64,000 bases of DNA, from positions 2,567,019-2,631,018 of the forward strand of contig CAWDEX010000001.1 in NCBI GenBank assembly GCA_963801475.1, read 5' to 3'. Both the position numbers and the translations under genes were made by a program. This stretch comes from an uncultured Acidobacteriota bacterium (GTDB lineage Bacteria; Acidobacteriota; Thermoanaerobaculia; UBA5066). A model generated the notes under the pieces. The model had not been told where the DNA came from, searched no databases, and saw only the letters and a list, made by a program, of their open reading frames with translations. Below, piece after piece: positions 58,331 through 64,000 of the stretch (positions are counted from its first letter, which is position 1; every line of letters begins with the position of its first letter).

Positions 58331-59168
58331 ATGACGGGGGGGAACGTGTACCAGATCGTCAAACGCGAGCAGTTTTCCGATGTCACCTTTCTCTGGGACG
58401 TCCACGCGCCCGACGTGGCGAACGCCGCCAAGCCCGGCCACTTCGTCATGGTCCGGCTGCGACGAAGGGGGCGAACGGATCCCGCTGACCGTCGCGGACT
58501 ACGACCGGGACTGGGGAACCGTGACGATCGTCGTCCAGGCTCTCGGCAAGACGACGCGGGAGATGATGCGGGACTTCAAGGAGGGAGACACCTTCTCCGA
58601 CTTCGTCGGGCCGCTCGGGCTCGAGAGCCACGTCGGAAAAGTGGGGCACGTCGTCCTCGTCGGCGGCGGCCTCGGCGTCGCGCCCATCTTCCCGCAGCTC
58701 CGCGCCTTCAAGGAGGCCGGGAACCGGACGACGGGGATCATCGGCTTCCGCACGAAGGACCTCGTCTTCTGGGAAGACCGCTTCAAGCACTACTGCGACG
58801 ACCTGATCGTCTGCACGGACGACGGCGTCGTACGGGAAGCCCGGCTTCGTGACCGTGGCGCTGAAGGAGGTGATCGAGAAGGAGAAGCCCGACCTCGTCG
58901 TCGCGATCGGTCCGCTGCCGATGATGCGCGCCTGTTCCGAGGTGACCCGCCCCGTTCGGCGTGAAGACGATGGTCTCGCTGAACGCGATCATGGTCGACG
59001 GGACCGGGATGTGCGGCTCGTGCCGCGTGACGATCGGCGGGGAGACGAAGTTCGCCTGCGTCGACGGCCCCGACTTCGACGGCCACCTCGTCGACTTCCC
59101 CGAGCTGCAGCTCCGGCAGGAGCGGTTCAAGCCGCAGGAGACGATGGCGAAGGACGACTTCGACGAAG
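58331..59168 (+). CDS. NfnA/SudB-like FAD + [2Fe-2S] oxidoreductase module (ferredoxin-NADP reductase-type), interrupted by four 1-nt insertions. There is no stop before the next module.
   Basis: Joined frames read MTGGNVYQIVKREQFSDVTFLWDVHAPDVANAAKPGHFVMVRL|DEGGERIPLTVADYD...VLVGGGLGVAPIFPQLRAFKEAGN...CTDDG|SYGKPGFVTVALKEV...EVTRP|FGVKTMVSLNAIMVDGTGMCGSCRV...FACVDGPDFDGHLVDF. Breaks are near 58460, 58827, 58954 and 59168. Confidence 0.7.
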
Positions 59169-62704
<3,536 letters not shown>

Positions 62705-62786
62705 TCGTCCCGGCGGAAAACGCGATATAAAAGATGCCTCCGCGGGGCATGGAGATCCCGCAGCGTCGAATCCGAAGGAGACCGCC

Positions 62787-63464
62787 ATGGGTGAGAAAGT
62801 GACGTTCGCGTTGAGCGGCCACACGTGCGAGGGATACCTCGCGAAGCCGGCCGTCGGGAAAGGTCCCGGCGTCGTCGTGATCCAGGAGTGGTGGGGCCTC
62901 GTCCCGCACGTCATGGAGATCTGTGATCGCTTCGCGAAGGAGGGCTTCGTCGCCATCGCGCCCGACCTCTACCACGGGAAGACGACGAGCGCGCCGGACG
63001 AGGCGGGGCGGCTCCTGATGGAGCTGGACGTGGAGAAGGCGAACGCCGAGATCGCGGGGGCCGCGGCTTACGTCCTCTCCCGCGCCGAGTGCTCCTCGAA
63101 GACGGTCGGCGTCGTCGGCTTCTGCATGGGCGGGGCGCTCGCGCAGTACGCGGCGACCAGCATCGCGACGGTCGGCGCGGCGGTCAGCTTCTACGGCGGC
63201 TTCAAGAAGGTGCCCCTGGCGTGGGAGAGGCTGGGCGCGCCCATCCTCCTGATCTACGGCGAGCTGGACGAGGGCGTGCCGGCCTCCGGGGCCGCGCCGC
63301 TCGAGAAGAAGCTGAAGGAGCTCGGAAAGACGGCGGAGCCGGTGATCTACCGCGGCGCGCCCCACGGCTTCTTCAACGATTCGCGCCCTTCCCAGTACCG
63401 GGAGGAGTGCGCCCGCGACGCCTGGAAGCGGACGCTCGAGCTGTTCCGGGCGAACGTGAAGTGA
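62787..63464 (+). CDS. Dienelactone hydrolase family protein
   Basis: GAAGGAG RBS. GPGVVVIQEWWGLVPHV...GVVGFCMGGALA is the nucleophile-elbow Cys. APHGFFND carries the catalytic His. Confidence 0.85.
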   Translation: MGEKVTFALSGHTCEGYLAKPAVGKGPGVVVIQEWWGLVPHVMEICDRFAKEGFVAIAPDLYHGKTTSAPDEAGRLLMELDVEKANAEIAGAAAYVLSRAECSSKTVGVVGFCMGGALAQYAATSIATVGAAVSFYGGFKKVPLAWERLGAPILLIYGELDEGVPASGAAPLEKKLKELGKTAEPVIYRGAPHGFFNDSRPSQYREECARDAWKRTLELFRANVK

Positions 63465-64000
63465 CGGTCCACCGGACCCTCTGCAACCGCGACTGCCCCG
63501 ACGCCTGCGGCCTCGTCGTCACCGTCGAGGAGAGAAAGGTCGTGCGGGTCGGCGGCGACCCGGACCACCCCGTCACGCAGGGATTCATCTGCTCGAGGAC
63601 CTCGCAGTTCCCCGTGCGGCAGAACGACCCCTCCCGGATCACGGCACCGCTGAAGCGGACGCCCGCCGGCTTCGAGCCGGTCACGTGGGAGGACGCGCTC
63701 GGCTCCATCGCGGACCGCCTGCTCGCCATCCGGCGGGAGTCGGGGCCGGCCGCGATCCTCCACTACCGGTCGGGGGGCTCGCTCGGCCTCCTGAAGTACG
63801 TCGTCGACCTCTTCTGGGAGTCGTTCGGGCCCGTCGCCACGAAGAGCGGCGACATCTGTTCGGGAGCCGGCGACGCGGCCCAGGAGACCGATTTTGGCCA
63901 CGAGGACGCGCACGACCTCTTCGACCTTCTGAACTCGAAGAACATCCTCCTCTGGGGGAAGAACCCGAACGTCTCCAGCGTCCACCTCCTTCCGCTCCTC
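63461..64000 (+). CDS. Molybdopterin (bis-MGD) oxidoreductase, N-terminal part (runs off the window end)
   Basis: Not in the ORF track because it has no stop. The GTG overlaps the upstream stop (GTGA). Hand translation gives VTVHRTLCNRDCPDACGLVVTVEERKVVRVGGDPDHPVTQGFICSR, the 4Fe-4S Mo/W-bisPGD N-terminal motif, followed by AAILHYRSGGSLG. Confidence 0.8.
   Translation, partial: MTVHRTLCNRDCPDACGLVVTVEERKVVRVGGDPDHPVTQGFICSRTSQFPVRQNDPSRITAPLKRTPAGFEPVTWEDALGSIADRLLAIRRESGPAAILHYRSGGSLGLLKYVVDLFWESFGPVATKSGDICSGAGDAAQETDFGHEDAHDLFDLLNSKNILLWGKNPNVSSVHLLPLL

Overview
A very GC-rich bacterial chromosomal segment, about 68-70% GC by eye. Nearly every long ORF has R/A/G/P-rich shadow ORFs in other frames, so I trimmed or rejected many ORF-track entries. 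No rRNA, tRNA or CRISPR array was recognised.

Layout, left to right:
- **1-10.1 kb, core genes:** typA (partial), an ECF sigma/anti-sigma pair, a PT-linker surface protein with an IPTL-CTERM-like tail, a rhomboid protease, and mutL.
- **10.1-21.3 kb, reverse strand:** a tightly coupled nine-gene unit. It starts with an HTH-EIIA(Ntr) protein, followed by six complex-I / group-4-hydrogenase-like subunits. The catalytic subunit of these lacks all four canonical Ni-Fe cysteines (Ehr-type). A sensor kinase and an NtrC-type sigma54 activator close the unit. Directly downstream is a candidate sigma54 promoter driving a small secreted Gly/His/Met-rich protein (ZraP-like logic).
- **21.5-26.4 kb:** a DUF433 gene and a heavily frameshifted type I R-M remnant. 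hsdM and hsdR are present, no hsdS is present, and hsdR looks 5'-truncated.
- **26.4-34.6 kb:** a DUF748/AsmA-like giant protein and a MacA/MacB-type exporter with two separate FtsX permeases.
- **34.56-41.17 kb:** a 6.6-kb integrative element flanked by perfect 51-bp direct repeats that duplicate the 3' end of the second permease gene. It carries a tyrosine integrase, a RepB-primase/RecA-like helicase, a serine-recombinase stub, and truncated Kelch and TonB-C cargo.
- **41.2-54.3 kb, core genes:** an amidohydrolase, Sua5/TsaC, an alpha/beta hydrolase, a Met-rich secreted protein, an SLH protein, an RNase II-family enzyme, ppdK with a lysine-rich tail, and a second ECF sigma/TPR anti-sigma pair.
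- **54.3-57.1 kb, more AT-rich patch:** a mini-ORF, an orphan toxin/Imm1-like pair, DUF2905, and an MNT-HepT toxin-antitoxin pair.
- **57.3-64 kb:** a di-iron protein, then an NfnA-like + NfnB/GltD-like + zinc-ribbon + rubrerythrin-like reading frame broken by seven 1-nt insertions. After that come tnaA, a dienelactone hydrolase, and a partial molybdopterin oxidoreductase.

A cross-cutting observation is that at least 18 single-nucleotide frame breaks (15 insertions, 3 deletions) fall in a few clusters, while neighbouring multi-kb ORFs are intact. All function calls come from motif recognition by eye; no database search was run.
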